A stretch of DNA of 64,000 nt. Origin: Escherichia coli (GTDB lineage Bacteria; Pseudomonadota; Gammaproteobacteria; Enterobacterales; Enterobacteriaceae). The stretch is from assembly GCF_041886205.1 (NCBI RefSeq), contig NZ_CP169029.1; one strand, given 5' to 3'. Below, in pieces: positions 35,347 to 47,379 of the stretch (the stretch's first letter is position 1; each line of letters opens with the position of its first letter). The translations under genes and the position numbers were made by a program. The notes beneath the pieces were generated by a model. That model searched no databases. It was not told where the DNA came from and saw only the letters and a list, made by a program, of their open reading frames with translations.

Positions 35347-36129
35347 ATGAACAAAGAAACCGTTTCAATAATTATGCCCGTTTACAATGGGGCCAAAACT
35401 ATAATCTCATCAGTAGAATCAATTATACATCAATCTTATCAAGATTTTGTTTTGTATATCATTGACGATTGTAGCACCGATGATACATTTTCATTAATCA
35501 ACAGTCGATACAAAAACAATCAGAAAATAAGAATATTGCGTAACAAGACAAATTTAGGTGTTGCAGAAAGTCGAAATTATGGAATAGAAATGGCCACGGG
35601 GAAATATATTTCTTTTTGTGATGCGGATGATTTGTGGCACGAGAAAAAATTAGAGCGTCAAATCGAAGTGTTAAATAATGAATGTGTAGATGTGGTATGT
35701 TCTAATTATTATGTTATAGATAACAAAAGAAATATTGTTGGCGAAGTTAATGCTCCTCATGTGATAAATTATAGAAAAATGCTCATGAAAAACTACATAG
35801 GGAATTTGACAGGAATCTATAATGCCAACAAATTGGGTAAGTTTTATCAAAAAAAGATTGGTCACGAGGATTATTTGATGTGGCTGGAAATAATTAATAA
35901 AACAAATGGTGCTATTTGTATTCAAGATAATCTGGCGTATTACATGCGTTCAAATAATTCACTATCGGGTAATAAAATTAAAGCTGCAAAATGGACATGG
36001 AGTATATATAGAGAACATTTATATTTGTCCTTTCCAAAAACATTATATTATTTTTTATTATATGCTTCAAATGGAGTCATGAAAAAAATAACACATTCAC
36101 TATTAAGGAGAAAGGAGACTAAAAAGTGA
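35347..36129 (+). CDS. wbdN: O-antigen glycosyltransferase (GT family 2), O157-type WbdN
   Basis: 260-aa AT-rich ORF; SIIMPVYNG...DDCSTDDT...DADD GT-2 motifs; first gene after JUMPstart. Confidence 0.8.
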   Translation: MNKETVSIIMPVYNGAKTIISSVESIIHQSYQDFVLYIIDDCSTDDTFSLINSRYKNNQKIRILRNKTNLGVAESRNYGIEMATGKYISFCDADDLWHEKKLERQIEVLNNECVDVVCSNYYVIDNKRNIVGEVNAPHVINYRKMLMKNYIGNLTGIYNANKLGKFYQKKIGHEDYLMWLEIINKTNGAICIQDNLAYYMRSNNSLSGNKIKAAKWTWSIYREHLYLSFPKTLYYFLLYASNGVMKKITHSLLRRKETKK

Positions 36130-37310
36130 AGTCAGCGGCTAAGTTGATTTTTTTATTCCTATTTACACTTTATAGTCTCCAGTTGTATGGGGTTATCATA
36201 GATGATCGTATAACAAATTTTGATACAAAGGTATTAACTAGTATTATAATTATATTTCAGATTTTTTTTGTTTTATTATTTTATCTAACGATTATAAATG
36301 AAAGAAAACAGCAGAAAAAATTTATCGTGAACTGGGAGCTAAAGTTAATACTCGTTTTCCTTTTTGTGACTATAGAAATTGCTGCTGTAGTTTTATTTCT
36401 TAAAGAAGGTATTCCTATATTTGATGATGATCCAGGGGGGGCTAAACTTAGAATAGCTGAAGGTAATGGACTTTACATTAGATATATTAAGTATTTTGGT
36501 AATATAGTTGTGTTTGCATTAATTATTCTTTATGATGAGCATAAATTCAAACAGAGGACCATCATATTTGTATATTTTACAACGATTGCTTTATTTGGTT
36601 ATCGTTCTGAATTGGTGTTGCTCATTCTTCAATATATATTGATTACCAATATCCTGTCAAAGGATAACCGTAATCCTAAAATAAAAAGAATAATAGGGTA
36701 TTTTTTATTGGTAGGGGTTGTATGCTCGTTGTTTTATCTAAGTTTAGGACAAGACGGAGAACAAAATGACTCATATAATAATATGTTAAGGATAATTAAT
36801 AGGTTAACAATAGAGCAAGTTGAAAGTGTTCCATATGTTGTTTCTGAATCTATTAAGAACGATTTCTTTCCGACACCAGAGTTAGAAAAGGAATTAAAAG
36901 CAATAATAAATAGAATACAGGGAATAAAGCATCAAGACTTATTTTATGGAGAACGGTTACATAAACAAGTATTTGGAGACATGGGAGCAAATTTTTTATC
37001 AGTTACTACGTATGGAGCAGAACTATTAGTTTTTTTTGGTTTTCTCTGTGTATTCATTATCCCTTTAGGGATATATATACCTTTTTATCTTTTAAAGAGA
37101 ATGAAAAAAACCCATAGCTCGATAAACTGCGCATTCTATTCATATATCATTATGATTTTATTGCAATACTTAGTGGCTGGGAATGCATCGGCCTTCTTTT
37201 TTGGTCCTTTTCTCTCCGTATTGATAATGTGTACTCCTCTGATCTTATTGCATGATACGTTAAAGAGATTATCACAAAATGAAAATATCAGTTATAACTG
37301 TGACTTATAA
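36126..37310 (+). CDS. wzy: O-antigen polymerase Wzy (O157-type)
   Basis: 394-aa highly hydrophobic multi-pass ORF, GTG start, low GC. Confidence 0.78.
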   Translation: MKSAAKLIFLFLFTLYSLQLYGVIIDDRITNFDTKVLTSIIIIFQIFFVLLFYLTIINERKQQKKFIVNWELKLILVFLFVTIEIAAVVLFLKEGIPIFDDDPGGAKLRIAEGNGLYIRYIKYFGNIVVFALIILYDEHKFKQRTIIFVYFTTIALFGYRSELVLLILQYILITNILSKDNRNPKIKRIIGYFLLVGVVCSLFYLSLGQDGEQNDSYNNMLRIINRLTIEQVESVPYVVSESIKNDFFPTPELEKELKAIINRIQGIKHQDLFYGERLHKQVFGDMGANFLSVTTYGAELLVFFGFLCVFIIPLGIYIPFYLLKRMKKTHSSINCAFYSYIIMILLQYLVAGNASAFFFGPFLSVLIMCTPLILLHDTLKRLSQNENISYNCDL

Positions 37311-38025
37311 TAATGCTGAAGGGTTAGAAAAAACTTTAAGTAGTTTATCAATTTTAAAAATAAAACCTTTTGAGATTATTATAGTTGATGGCGGCTCTAC
37401 AGATGGAACGAATCGTGTCATTAGTAGATTTACTAGTATGAATATTACACATGTTTATGAAAAAGATGAAGGGATATATGATGCGATGAATAAGGGTCGA
37501 ATGTTGGCCAAAGGCGACTTAATACATTATTTAAACGCCGGCGATAGCGTAATTGGAGATATATATAAAAATATCAAAGAGCCATGTTTGATTAAAGTTG
37601 GCCTTTTCGAAAATGATAAACTTCTGGGATTTTCTTCTATAACCCATTCAAATACAGGGTATTGTCATCAAGGGGTGATTTTCCCAAAGAATCATTCAGA
37701 ATATGATCTAAGGTATAAAATATGTGCTGATTATAAGCTTATTCAAGAGGTGTTTCCTGAAGGGTTAAGATCTCTATCTTTGATTACTTCGGGTTATGTA
37801 AAATATGATATGGGGGGAGTATCTTCAAAAAAAAGAATTTTAAGAGATAAAGAGCTTGCCAAAATTATGTTTGAAAAAAACAAAAAAAACCTTATTAAGT
37901 TTATTCCAATTTCAATAATCAAAATTTTATTCCCTGAACGTTTAAGAAGAGTATTGCGGAAAATGCAATATATTTGTCTAACTTTATTCTTCATGAAGAA
38001 TAGTTCACCATATGATAATGAATAA
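37279..38025 (+). CDS. wbdO: O-antigen glycosyltransferase (GT family 2), O157-type WbdO
   Basis: 248-aa ORF MKISVITVTYNNAEGL...IVDGGSTDGT; paralogous to wcaE. Confidence 0.8.
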   Translation: MKISVITVTYNNAEGLEKTLSSLSILKIKPFEIIIVDGGSTDGTNRVISRFTSMNITHVYEKDEGIYDAMNKGRMLAKGDLIHYLNAGDSVIGDIYKNIKEPCLIKVGLFENDKLLGFSSITHSNTGYCHQGVIFPKNHSEYDLRYKICADYKLIQEVFPEGLRSLSLITSGYVKYDMGGVSSKKRILRDKELAKIMFEKNKKNLIKFIPISIIKILFPERLRRVLRKMQYICLTLFFMKNSSPYDNE

Positions 38026-39403
38026 AATCAAAAAAATACTTAAATTTTGCACTTTAAAAAAATATGATACATCAAGTGCTTTAGGTAGAGAACAGGAAAG
38101 GTACAGGATTATATCCTTGTCTGTTATTTCAAGTTTGATTAGTAAAATACTCTCACTACTTTCTCTTATATTAACTGTAAGTTTAACTTTACCTTATTTA
38201 GGACAAGAGAGATTTGGTGTATGGATGACTATTACCAGTCTTGGTGCTGCTCTGACATTTTTGGACTTAGGTATAGGAAATGCATTAACAAACAGGATCG
38301 CACATTCATTTGCGTGTGGCAAAAATTTAAAGATGAGTCGGCAAATTAGTGGTGGGCTCACTTTGCTGGCTGGATTATCGTTTGTCATAACTGCAATATG
38401 CTATATTACTTCTGGCATGATTGATTGGCAACTAGTAATAAAAGGTATAAACGAGAATGTGTATGCAGAGTTACAACACTCAATTAAAGTCTTTGTAATC
38501 ATATTTGGACTTGGAATTTATTCAAATGGTGTGCAAAAAGTTTATATGGGAATACAAAAAGCCTATATAAGTAATATTGTTAATGCCATATTTATATTGT
38601 TATCTATTATTACTCTAGTAATATCGTCGAAACTACATGCGGGACTACCAGTTTTAATTGTCAGCACTCTTGGTATTCAATACATATCGGGAATCTATTT
38701 AACAATTAATCTTATTATAAAGCGATTAATAAAGTTTACAAAAGTTAACATACATGCTAAAAGAGAAGCTCCATATTTGATATTAAATGGTTTTTTCTTT
38801 TTTATTTTACAGTTAGGCACTCTGGCAACATGGAGTGGTGATAACTTTATAATATCTATAACATTGGGTGTTACTTATGTTGCTGTTTTTAGCATTACAC
38901 AGAGATTATTTCAAATATCTACGGTCCCTCTTACGATTTATAACATCCCGTTATGGGCTGCTTATGCAGATGCTCATGCACGCAATGATACTCAATTTAT
39001 AAAAAAGACGCTCAGAACATCATTGAAAATAGTGGGTATTTTATCATTCTTATTGGCCTTCATATTAGTAGTGTTCGGTAGTGAAGTCGTTAATATTTGG
39101 ACAGAAGGAAAGATTCAGGTACCTCGAACATTCATAATAGCTTATGCTTTATGGTCTGTTATTGATGCTTTTTCGAATACATTTGCAAGCTTTTTAAATG
39201 GTTTGAACATAGTTAAACAACAAATGCTTGCTGTTGTAACATTGATATTGATCGCAATTCCAGCAAAATACATCATAGTTAGCCATTTTGGGTTAACTGT
39301 TATGTTGTACTGCTTCATTTTTATATATATTGTAAATTACTTTATATGGTATAAATGTAGTTTTAAAAAACATATCGATAGACAGTTAAATATAAGAGGA
39401 TGA
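38012..39403 (+). CDS. wzx: O-antigen flippase Wzx (O157-type)
   Basis: 463-aa polytopic membrane ORF. Confidence 0.8.
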   Translation: MIMNKIKKILKFCTLKKYDTSSALGREQERYRIISLSVISSLISKILSLLSLILTVSLTLPYLGQERFGVWMTITSLGAALTFLDLGIGNALTNRIAHSFACGKNLKMSRQISGGLTLLAGLSFVITAICYITSGMIDWQLVIKGINENVYAELQHSIKVFVIIFGLGIYSNGVQKVYMGIQKAYISNIVNAIFILLSIITLVISSKLHAGLPVLIVSTLGIQYISGIYLTINLIIKRLIKFTKVNIHAKREAPYLILNGFFFFILQLGTLATWSGDNFIISITLGVTYVAVFSITQRLFQISTVPLTIYNIPLWAAYADAHARNDTQFIKKTLRTSLKIVGILSFLLAFILVVFGSEVVNIWTEGKIQVPRTFIIAYALWSVIDAFSNTFASFLNGLNIVKQQMLAVVTLILIAIPAKYIIVSHFGLTVMLYCFIFIYIVNYFIWYKCSFKKHIDRQLNIRG

Positions 39404-39405
39404 AA

Positions 39406-40500
39406 ATGAAATATATACCAGTTTACCAACCGTCATTGACAGGAAAAGAAAAAGAATATGTAAATGAATGTCTGGACTCAACGTGGATTTCATCAAAAGG
39501 AAACTATATTCAGAAGTTTGAAAATAAATTTGCGGAACAAAACCATGTGCAATATGCAACTACTGTAAGTAATGGAACGGTTGCTCTTCATTTAGCTTTG
39601 TTAGCGTTAGGTATATCGGAAGGAGATGAAGTTATTGTTCCAACACTGACATATATAGCATCAGTTAATGCTATAAAATACACAGGAGCCACCCCCATTT
39701 TCGTTGATTCAGATAATGAAACTTGGCAAATGTCTGTTAGTGACATAGAACAAAAAATCACTAATAAAACTAAAGCTATTATGTGTGTCCATTTATACGG
39801 ACATCCATGTGATATGGAACAAATTGTAGAACTGGCCAAAAGTAGAAATTTGTTTGTAATTGAAGATTGCGCTGAAGCCTTTGGTTCTAAATATAAAGGT
39901 AAATATGTGGGAACATTTGGAGATATTTCTACTTTTAGCTTTTTTGGAAATAAAACTATTACTACAGGTGAAGGTGGAATGGTTGTCACGAATGACAAAA
40001 CACTTTATGACCGTTGTTTACATTTTAAAGGCCAAGGATTAGCTGTACATAGGCAATATTGGCATGACGTTATAGGCTACAATTATAGGATGACAAATAT
40101 CTGCGCTGCTATAGGATTAGCCCAGTTAGAACAAGCTGATGATTTTATATCACGAAAACGTGAAATTGCTGATATTTATAAAAAAAATATCAACAGTCTT
40201 GTACAAGTCCACAAGGAAAGTAAAGATGTTTTTCACACTTATTGGATGGTCTCAATTCTAACTAGGACCGCAGAGGAAAGAGAGGAATTAAGGAATCACC
40301 TTGCAGATAAACTCATCGAAACAAGGCCAGTTTTTTACCCTGTCCACACGATGCCAATGTACTCGGAAAAATATCAAAAGCACCCTATAGCTGAGGATCT
40401 TGGTTGGCGTGGAATTAATCTACCTAGTTTCCCCAGCCTATCGAATGAGCAAGTTATTTATATTTGTGAATCTATTAACGAATTTTATAGTGATAAATAG
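39406..40500 (+). CDS. per: GDP-perosamine synthase (DegT/aminotransferase family), Per/RfbE
   Basis: ORF 39400-40500; canonical MKYIPVYQPSLTGKEKEYVNECLDSTWISSKG; PLP-dependent sugar aminotransferase fold. Confidence 0.88.
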   Translation: MKYIPVYQPSLTGKEKEYVNECLDSTWISSKGNYIQKFENKFAEQNHVQYATTVSNGTVALHLALLALGISEGDEVIVPTLTYIASVNAIKYTGATPIFVDSDNETWQMSVSDIEQKITNKTKAIMCVHLYGHPCDMEQIVELAKSRNLFVIEDCAEAFGSKYKGKYVGTFGDISTFSFFGNKTITTGEGGMVVTNDKTLYDRCLHFKGQGLAVHRQYWHDVIGYNYRMTNICAAIGLAQLEQADDFISRKREIADIYKKNINSLVQVHKESKDVFHTYWMVSILTRTAEEREELRNHLADKLIETRPVFYPVHTMPMYSEKYQKHPIAEDLGWRGINLPSFPSLSNEQVIYICESINEFYSDK

Positions 40501-40524
40501 CCTAAAATATTGTAAAGGTCATTC

Positions 40525-41739
40525 ATGAAAATTGCGTTGAATTCAGATGGATTTTACGAGTGGGGCGGTGGAATTGATTTTATTAAATATATTCTGTCAA
40601 TATTAGAAACGAAACCAGAAATATGTATCGATATTCTTTTACCGAGAAATGATATACATTCTCTTATAAGAGAAAAAGCATTTCCTTTTAAAAGTATATT
40701 AAAAGCAATTTTAAAGAGGGAAAGGCCTCGATGGATTTCATTAAATAGATTTAATGAGCAATACTATAGAGATGCCTTTACACAAAATAATATAGAGACG
40801 AATCTTACCTTTATTAAAAGTAAGAGCTCTGCCTTTTATTCATATTTTGATAGTAGCGATTGTGATGTTATTCTTCCTTGCATGCGTGTTCCTTCGGGAA
40901 ATTTGAATAAAAAAGCATGGATTGGTTATATTTATGACTTTCAACACTGTTACTATCCTTCATTTTTTAGTAAGCGAGAAATAGATCAAAGGAATGTGTT
41001 TTTTAAATTGATGCTCAATTGCGCTAACAATATTATTGTTAATGCACATTCAGTTATTACCGATGCAAATAAATATGTTGGGAATTATTCTGCAAAACTA
41101 CATTCTCTTCCATTTAGTCCATGCCCTCAATTAAAATGGTTTGCTGATTACTCTGGTAATATTGCCAAATATAATATTGACAAGGATTATTTTATAATTT
41201 GCAATCAATTTTGGAAACATAAAGATCATGCAACTGCTTTTAGGGCATTTAAAATTTATACTGAATATAATCCTGATGTTTATTTAGTATGCACGGGAGC
41301 TACTCAAGATTATCGATTCCCTGGATATTTTAATGAATTGATGGTTTTGGCAAAAAAGCTCGGAATTGAATCGAAAATTAAGATATTAGGGCATATACCT
41401 AAACTTGAACAAATTGAATTAATCAAAAATTGCATTGCTGTAATACAACCAACCTTATTTGAAGGCGGGCCTGGAGGGGGGGTAACATTTGACGCTATTG
41501 CATTAGGGAAAAAAGTTATACTATCTGACATAGATGTCAATAAAGAAGTTAATTGCGGTGATGTATATTTCTTTCAGGCAAAAAACCATTATTCATTAAA
41601 TGACGCGATGGTAAAAGCTGATGAATCTAAAATTTTTTATGAACCTACAACTCTGATAGAATTGGGTCTCAAAAGACGCAATGCGTGTGCAGATTTTCTT
41701 TTAGATGTTGTGAAACAAGAAATTGAATCCCGATCTTAA
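40525..41739 (+). CDS. wbdP: O-antigen glycosyltransferase (GT family 4-like), O157-type WbdP
   Basis: 404-aa AT-rich ORF between per and gmd. Confidence 0.75.
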   Translation: MKIALNSDGFYEWGGGIDFIKYILSILETKPEICIDILLPRNDIHSLIREKAFPFKSILKAILKRERPRWISLNRFNEQYYRDAFTQNNIETNLTFIKSKSSAFYSYFDSSDCDVILPCMRVPSGNLNKKAWIGYIYDFQHCYYPSFFSKREIDQRNVFFKLMLNCANNIIVNAHSVITDANKYVGNYSAKLHSLPFSPCPQLKWFADYSGNIAKYNIDKDYFIICNQFWKHKDHATAFRAFKIYTEYNPDVYLVCTGATQDYRFPGYFNELMVLAKKLGIESKIKILGHIPKLEQIELIKNCIAVIQPTLFEGGPGGGVTFDAIALGKKVILSDIDVNKEVNCGDVYFFQAKNHYSLNDAMVKADESKIFYEPTTLIELGLKRRNACADFLLDVVKQEIESRS

Positions 41740-41758
41740 TATATTCAAGAGGTATATA

Positions 41759-42877
41759 ATGACTAAAGTCGCTCTTATTACAGGTGTAACTGGACAAGAT
41801 GGATCTTATCTAGCTGAGTTTTTGCTTGATAAAGGGTATGAAGTTCATGGTATCAAACGCCGAGCCTCATCTTTTAATACAGAACGCATAGACCATATTT
41901 ATCAAGATCCACATGGTTCTAACCCAAATTTTCACTTGCACTATGGAGATCTGACTGATTCATCTAACCTCACTAGAATTCTAAAGGAGGTACAGCCAGA
42001 TGAAGTATATAATTTAGCTGCTATGAGTCACGTAGCAGTTTCTTTTGAGTCTCCAGAATATACAGCCGATGTCGATGCAATTGGTACATTACGTTTACTG
42101 GAAGCAATTCGCTTTTTAGGATTGGAAAACAAAACGCGTTTCTATCAAGCTTCAACCTCAGAATTATATGGACTTGTTCAGGAAATCCCTCAAAAAGAAT
42201 CCACCCCTTTTTATCCTCGTTCCCCTTATGCAGTTGCAAAACTTTACGCATATTGGATCACGGTAAATTATCGAGAGTCATATGGTATTTATGCATGTAA
42301 TGGTATATTGTTCAATCATGAATCTCCACGCCGTGGAGAAACGTTTGTAACAAGGAAAATTACTCGAGGACTTGCAAATATTGCACAAGGCTTGGAATCA
42401 TGTTTGTATTTAGGGAATATGGATTCGTTACGAGATTGGGGACATGCAAAAGATTATGTTAGAATGCAATGGTTGATGTTACAACAGGAGCAACCCGAAG
42501 ATTTTGTGATTGCAACAGGAGTCCAATACTCAGTCCGTCAGTTTGTCGAAATGGCAGCAGCACAACTTGGTATTAAGATGAGCTTTGTTGGTAAAGGAAT
42601 CGAAGAAAAAGGCATTGTAGATTCGGTTGAAGGACAGGATGCTCCAGGTGTGAAACCAGGTGATGTCATTGTTGCTGTTGATCCTCGTTATTTCCGACCA
42701 GCTGAAGTTGATACTTTGCTTGGAGATCCGAGCAAAGCTAATCTCAAACTTGGTTGGAGACCAGAAATTACTCTTGCTGAAATGATTTCTGAAATGGTTG
42801 CCAAAGATCTTGAAGCCGCTAAAAAACATTCTCTTTTAAAATCGCATGGTTTTTCTGTAAGCTTAGCTCTGGAATGA
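41759..42877 (+). CDS. gmd: GDP-mannose 4,6-dehydratase (O-antigen copy)
   Basis: ORF 41723-42877; canonical start [35 protein letters not shown] (372 aa); paralog of 18550-19671 with different codon usage. Confidence 0.9.
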   Translation: MTKVALITGVTGQDGSYLAEFLLDKGYEVHGIKRRASSFNTERIDHIYQDPHGSNPNFHLHYGDLTDSSNLTRILKEVQPDEVYNLAAMSHVAVSFESPEYTADVDAIGTLRLLEAIRFLGLENKTRFYQASTSELYGLVQEIPQKESTPFYPRSPYAVAKLYAYWITVNYRESYGIYACNGILFNHESPRRGETFVTRKITRGLANIAQGLESCLYLGNMDSLRDWGHAKDYVRMQWLMLQQEQPEDFVIATGVQYSVRQFVEMAAAQLGIKMSFVGKGIEEKGIVDSVEGQDAPGVKPGDVIVAVDPRYFRPAEVDTLLGDPSKANLKLGWRPEITLAEMISEMVAKDLEAAKKHSLLKSHGFSVSLALE

Positions 42878-42879
42878 TG

Positions 42880-43845
42880 ATGAATAAGCAACGTATTTTT
42901 ATTGCTGGTCACCAAGGAATGGTTGGATCAGCTATTACCCGACGCCTCAAACAACGTGATGATGTTGAGTTGGTTTTGCGTACTCGGGATGAATTGAACT
43001 TGTTGGATAGTAGCGCTGTTTTGGATTTTTTTTCTTCACAGAAAATCGACCAGGTTTATTTGGCAGCAGCAAAAGTCGGAGGTATTTTAGCTAACAGTTC
43101 TTATCCTGCCGATTTTATATATGAGAATATAATGATAGAGGCGAATGTCATTCATGCTGCCCACAAAAATAATGTAAATAAACTGCTTTTCCTCGGTTCG
43201 TCGTGTATTTATCCTAAGTTAGCACACCAACCGATTATGGAAGACGAATTATTACAAGGGAAACTTGAGCCAACAAATGAACCTTATGCTATCGCAAAAA
43301 TTGCAGGTATTAAATTATGTGAATCTTATAACCGTCAGTTTGGGCGTGATTACCGTTCAGTAATGCCAACCAATCTTTATGGTCCAAATGACAATTTTCA
43401 TCCAAGTAATTCTCATGTGATTCCGGCGCTTTTGCGCCGCTTTCATGATGCTGTGGAAAACAATTCTCCGAATGTTGTTGTTTGGGGAAGTGGTACTCCA
43501 AAGCGTGAATTCTTACATGTAGATGATATGGCTTCTGCAAGCATTTATGTCATGGAGATGCCATACGATATATGGCAAAAAAATACTAAAGTAATGTTGT
43601 CTCATATCAATATTGGAACAGGTATTGACTGCACGATTTGTGAGCTTGCGGAAACAATAGCAAAAGTTGTAGGTTATAAAGGGCATATTACGTTCGATAC
43701 AACAAAGCCCGATGGAGCCCCTCGAAAACTACTTGATGTAACGCTTCTTCATCAACTAGGTTGGAATCATAAAATTACCCTTCACAAGGGTCTTGAAAAT
43801 ACATACAACTGGTTTCTTGAAAACCAACTTCAATATCGGGGGTAA
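42880..43845 (+). CDS. fcl: GDP-L-fucose synthase homolog (O-antigen copy; acts as GDP-4-keto-6-deoxymannose reductase/epimerase family)
   Basis: ORF 42874-43845 [19 protein letters not shown]; paralog of 19674-20639. Confidence 0.88.
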
Positions 43846-43847
43846 TA

Positions 43848-44357
43848 ATGTTTTTACATTCCCAAGACTTTGCCACAATTGTAAGGTCTACTCCTCTTAT
43901 TTCTATAGATTTGATTGTGGAAAACGAGTTTGGCGAAATTTTGCTAGGAAAACGAATCAACCGCCCGGCACAGGGCTATTGGTTCGTTCCTGGTGGTAGG
44001 GTGTTGAAAGATGAAAAATTGCAGACAGCCTTTGAACGATTGACAGAAATCGAACTAGGAATTCGTTTGCCTCTCTCTGTGGGTAAGTTTTATGGTATCT
44101 GGCAGCACTTCTACGAAGACAATAGTATGGGGGGAGACTTTTCAACGCATTATATAGTTATAGCATTCCTTCTTAAATTACAACCAAACATTTTGAAATT
44201 ACCGAAGTCACAACATAATGCTTATTGCTGGCTATCGCGAGCAAAGCTGATAAATGATGACGATGTGCATTATAATTGTCGCGCATATTTTAACAATAAA
44301 ACAAATGATGCGATTGGCTTAGATAATAAGGATATAATATGTCTGATGCGCCAATAA
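43848..44357 (+). CDS. wbdQ: GDP-mannose mannosyl hydrolase homolog (Nudix), WbdQ
   Basis: 169-aa [29 protein letters not shown], paralog of gmm. Confidence 0.85.
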
Positions 44358-45787
44358 TTGCTGTAGTTATGGCCGGTGGTACAGGCAGTCGTCTTTGGCC
44401 ACTTTCTCGTGAACTATATCCAAAGCAGTTTTTACAACTCTCTGGTGATAACACCTTGTTACAAACGACTTTGCTACGACTTTCAGGCCTATCATGTCAA
44501 AAACCATTAGTGATAACAAATGAACAGCATCGCTTTGTTGTGGCTGAACAGTTAAGGGAAATAAATAAATTAAATGGTAATATTATTCTAGAACCATGCG
44601 GGCGAAATACTGCACCAGCAATAGCGATATCTGCGTTTCATGCGTTAAAACGTAATCCTCAGGAAGATCCATTGCTTCTAGTTCTTGCGGCAGACCACGT
44701 TATAGCTAAAGAAAGTGTTTTCTGTGATGCTATTAAAAATGCAACTCCCATCGCTAATCAAGGTAAAATTGTAACGTTTGGAATTATACCAGAATATGCT
44801 GAAACTGGTTATGGGTATATTGAGAGAGGTGAACTATCTGTACCGCTTCAAGGGCATGAAAATACTGGTTTTTATTATGTAAATAAGTTTGTTGAAAAGC
44901 CTAATCGTGAAACCGCAGAATTGTATGTGACTTCTGGTAATCACTATTGGAATAGTGGAATATTCATGTTTAAGGCATCTGTTTATCTTGAGGAATTGAG
45001 AAAATTTAGACCTGACATTTACAATGTTTGTGAACAGGTTGCCTCATCCTCATACATTGATCTAGATTTTATTCGATTATCAAAAGAACAATTTCAAGAT
45101 TGTCCTGCTGAATCTATTGATTTTGCTGTAATGGAAAAAACAGAAAAATGTGTTGTATGCCCTGTTGATATTGGTTGGAGTGACGTTGGATCTTGGCAAT
45201 CGTTATGGGACATTAGTCTAAAATCGAAAACAGGAGATGTATGTAAAGGTGATATATTAACCTATGATACTAAGAATAATTATATCTACTCTGAGTCAGC
45301 GTTGGTAGCCGCCATTGGAATTGAAGATATGGTTATCGTGCAAACTAAAGATGCCGTTCTTGTGTCTAAAAAGAGTGATGTACAGCATGTAAAAAAAATA
45401 GTCGAAATGCTTAAATTGCAGCAACGTACAGAGTATATTAGTCATCGTGAAGTTTTCCGACCATGGGGAAAATTTGATTCGATTGACCAAGGTGAGCGAT
45501 ACAAAGTCAAGAAAATTATTGTGAAACCTGGTGAGGGGCTTTCTTTAAGGATGCATCACCATCGTTCTGAACATTGGATCGTGCTTTCTGGTACAGCAAA
45601 AGTAACCCTTGGCGATAAAACTAAACTAGTCACCGCAAATGAATCGATATACATTCCCCTTGGCGCAGCGTATAGTCTTGAGAATCCGGGCATAATCCCT
45701 CTTAATCTTATTGAAGTCAGTTCAGGGGATTATTTGGGAGAGGATGATATTATAAGACAGAAAGAACGTTACAAACATGAAGATTAA
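44339..45787 (+). CDS. manC: Mannose-1-phosphate guanylyltransferase (O-antigen copy)
   Basis: 482-aa [27 protein letters not shown]; paralog of cpsB. Confidence 0.92.
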
Positions 45788-45790
45788 CAT

Positions 45791-47161
45791 ATGAAATCTT
45801 TAACCTGCTTTAAAGCCTATGATATTCGCGGGAAATTAGGCGAAGAACTGAATGAAGATATTGCCTGGCGCATTGGGCGTGCCTATGGCGAATTTCTCAA
45901 ACCGAAAACCATTGTTTTAGGCGGTGATGTCCGCCTCACCAGCGAAACCTTAAAACTGGCGCTGGCGAAAGGTTTACAGGATGCGGGCGTCGATGTGCTG
46001 GATATCGGTATGTCCGGCACCGAAGAGATCTATTTCGCCACGTTCCATCTCGGCGTGGATGGCGGCATTGAAGTTACCGCCAGCCATAATCCGATGGATT
46101 ATAACGGCATGAAACTGGTGCGCGAAGGGGCTCGCCCAATCAGCGGTGATACCGGACTGCGCGACGTCCAGCGTCTGGCAGAAGCCAACGACTTTCCTCC
46201 CGTCGATGAAACCAAACGCGGTCGCTATCAGCAAATCAACCTGCGTGACGCTTACGTTGATCACCTGTTCGGTTATATCAATGTCAAAAACCTCACGCCG
46301 CTCAAGCTGGTGATTAACTCCGGGAATGGCGCAGCGGGTCCGGTGGTGGACGCCATTGAAGCCCGCTTTAAAACCCTCGGCGCGCCCGTGGAATTGATCA
46401 AAGTGCACAACACGCCCGACGGCAATTTCCCCAACGGTATTCCTAATCCGCTGCTGCCTGAATGCCGCGACGACACCCGCAATGCGGTCATCAAACACGG
46501 CGCGGATATGGGCATTGCCTTTGATGGCGATTTTGACCGCTGTTTTCTGTTTGACGAAAAAGGGCAGTTTATCGAGGGCTACTACATTGTCGGCCTGCTG
46601 GCAGAAGCGTTCCTCGAAAAAAATCCCGGCGCGAAGATCATCCACGATCCGCGTCTCTCCTGGAACACCGTTGATGTGGTGACTGCCGCAGGCGGCACCC
46701 CGGTAATGTCGAAAACCGGACACGCCTTTATTAAAGAACGTATGCGCAAGGAAGACGCCATCTACGGTGGCGAAATGAGCGCCCACCATTACTTCCGTGA
46801 TTTCGCTTACTGCGACAGCGGCATGATCCCGTGGCTGCTGGTCGCCGAACTGGTGTGCCTGAAAGGAAAAACGCTGGGCGAACTGGTGCGCGACCGGATG
46901 GCTGCGTTTCCGGCAAGCGGTGAGATCAACAGCAAACTGGCGCAACCCGTTGAGGCGATTAATCGCGTCGAACAGCATTTTAGCCGTGAGGCGCTGGCGG
47001 TGGATCGTACCGATGGCATCAGCATGACCTTTGCCGACTGGCGCTTTAACCTGCGCTCTTCCAACACCGAACCGGTGGTGCGGTTGAATGTGGAATCACG
47101 CGGTGATGTAAAGCTAATGGAAAAGAAAACTAAAGCTCTTCTTAAATTGCTAAGTGAGTGA
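45791..47161 (+). CDS. manB: Phosphomannomutase (O-antigen copy)
   Basis: 456-aa [18 protein letters not shown]; central ~1.1 kb nearly identical in DNA to cpsG. Confidence 0.92.
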   Translation: MKSLTCFKAYDIRGKLGEELNEDIAWRIGRAYGEFLKPKTIVLGGDVRLTSETLKLALAKGLQDAGVDVLDIGMSGTEEIYFATFHLGVDGGIEVTASHNPMDYNGMKLVREGARPISGDTGLRDVQRLAEANDFPPVDETKRGRYQQINLRDAYVDHLFGYINVKNLTPLKLVINSGNGAAGPVVDAIEARFKTLGAPVELIKVHNTPDGNFPNGIPNPLLPECRDDTRNAVIKHGADMGIAFDGDFDRCFLFDEKGQFIEGYYIVGLLAEAFLEKNPGAKIIHDPRLSWNTVDVVTAAGGTPVMSKTGHAFIKERMRKEDAIYGGEMSAHHYFRDFAYCDSGMIPWLLVAELVCLKGKTLGELVRDRMAAFPASGEINSKLAQPVEAINRVEQHFSREALAVDRTDGISMTFADWRFNLRSSNTEPVVRLNVESRGDVKLMEKKTKALLKLLSE

Positions 47162-47379
47162 TTATTTACATTAATCATTAAGCGTATTTAAGATTATATT
47201 AAAGTAATGTTATTGCGGTATATGATGAATATGTGGGCTTTTTTATGTATAACAACTATACCGCAACTTTATCTAGGAAAAGATTAATAGAAATAAAGTT
47301 TTGTACTGACCAATTTGCATTTCACGTCACGATTGAGACGTTCCTTTGCTTAAGACATTTTTTCATCGCTTATGTAATA

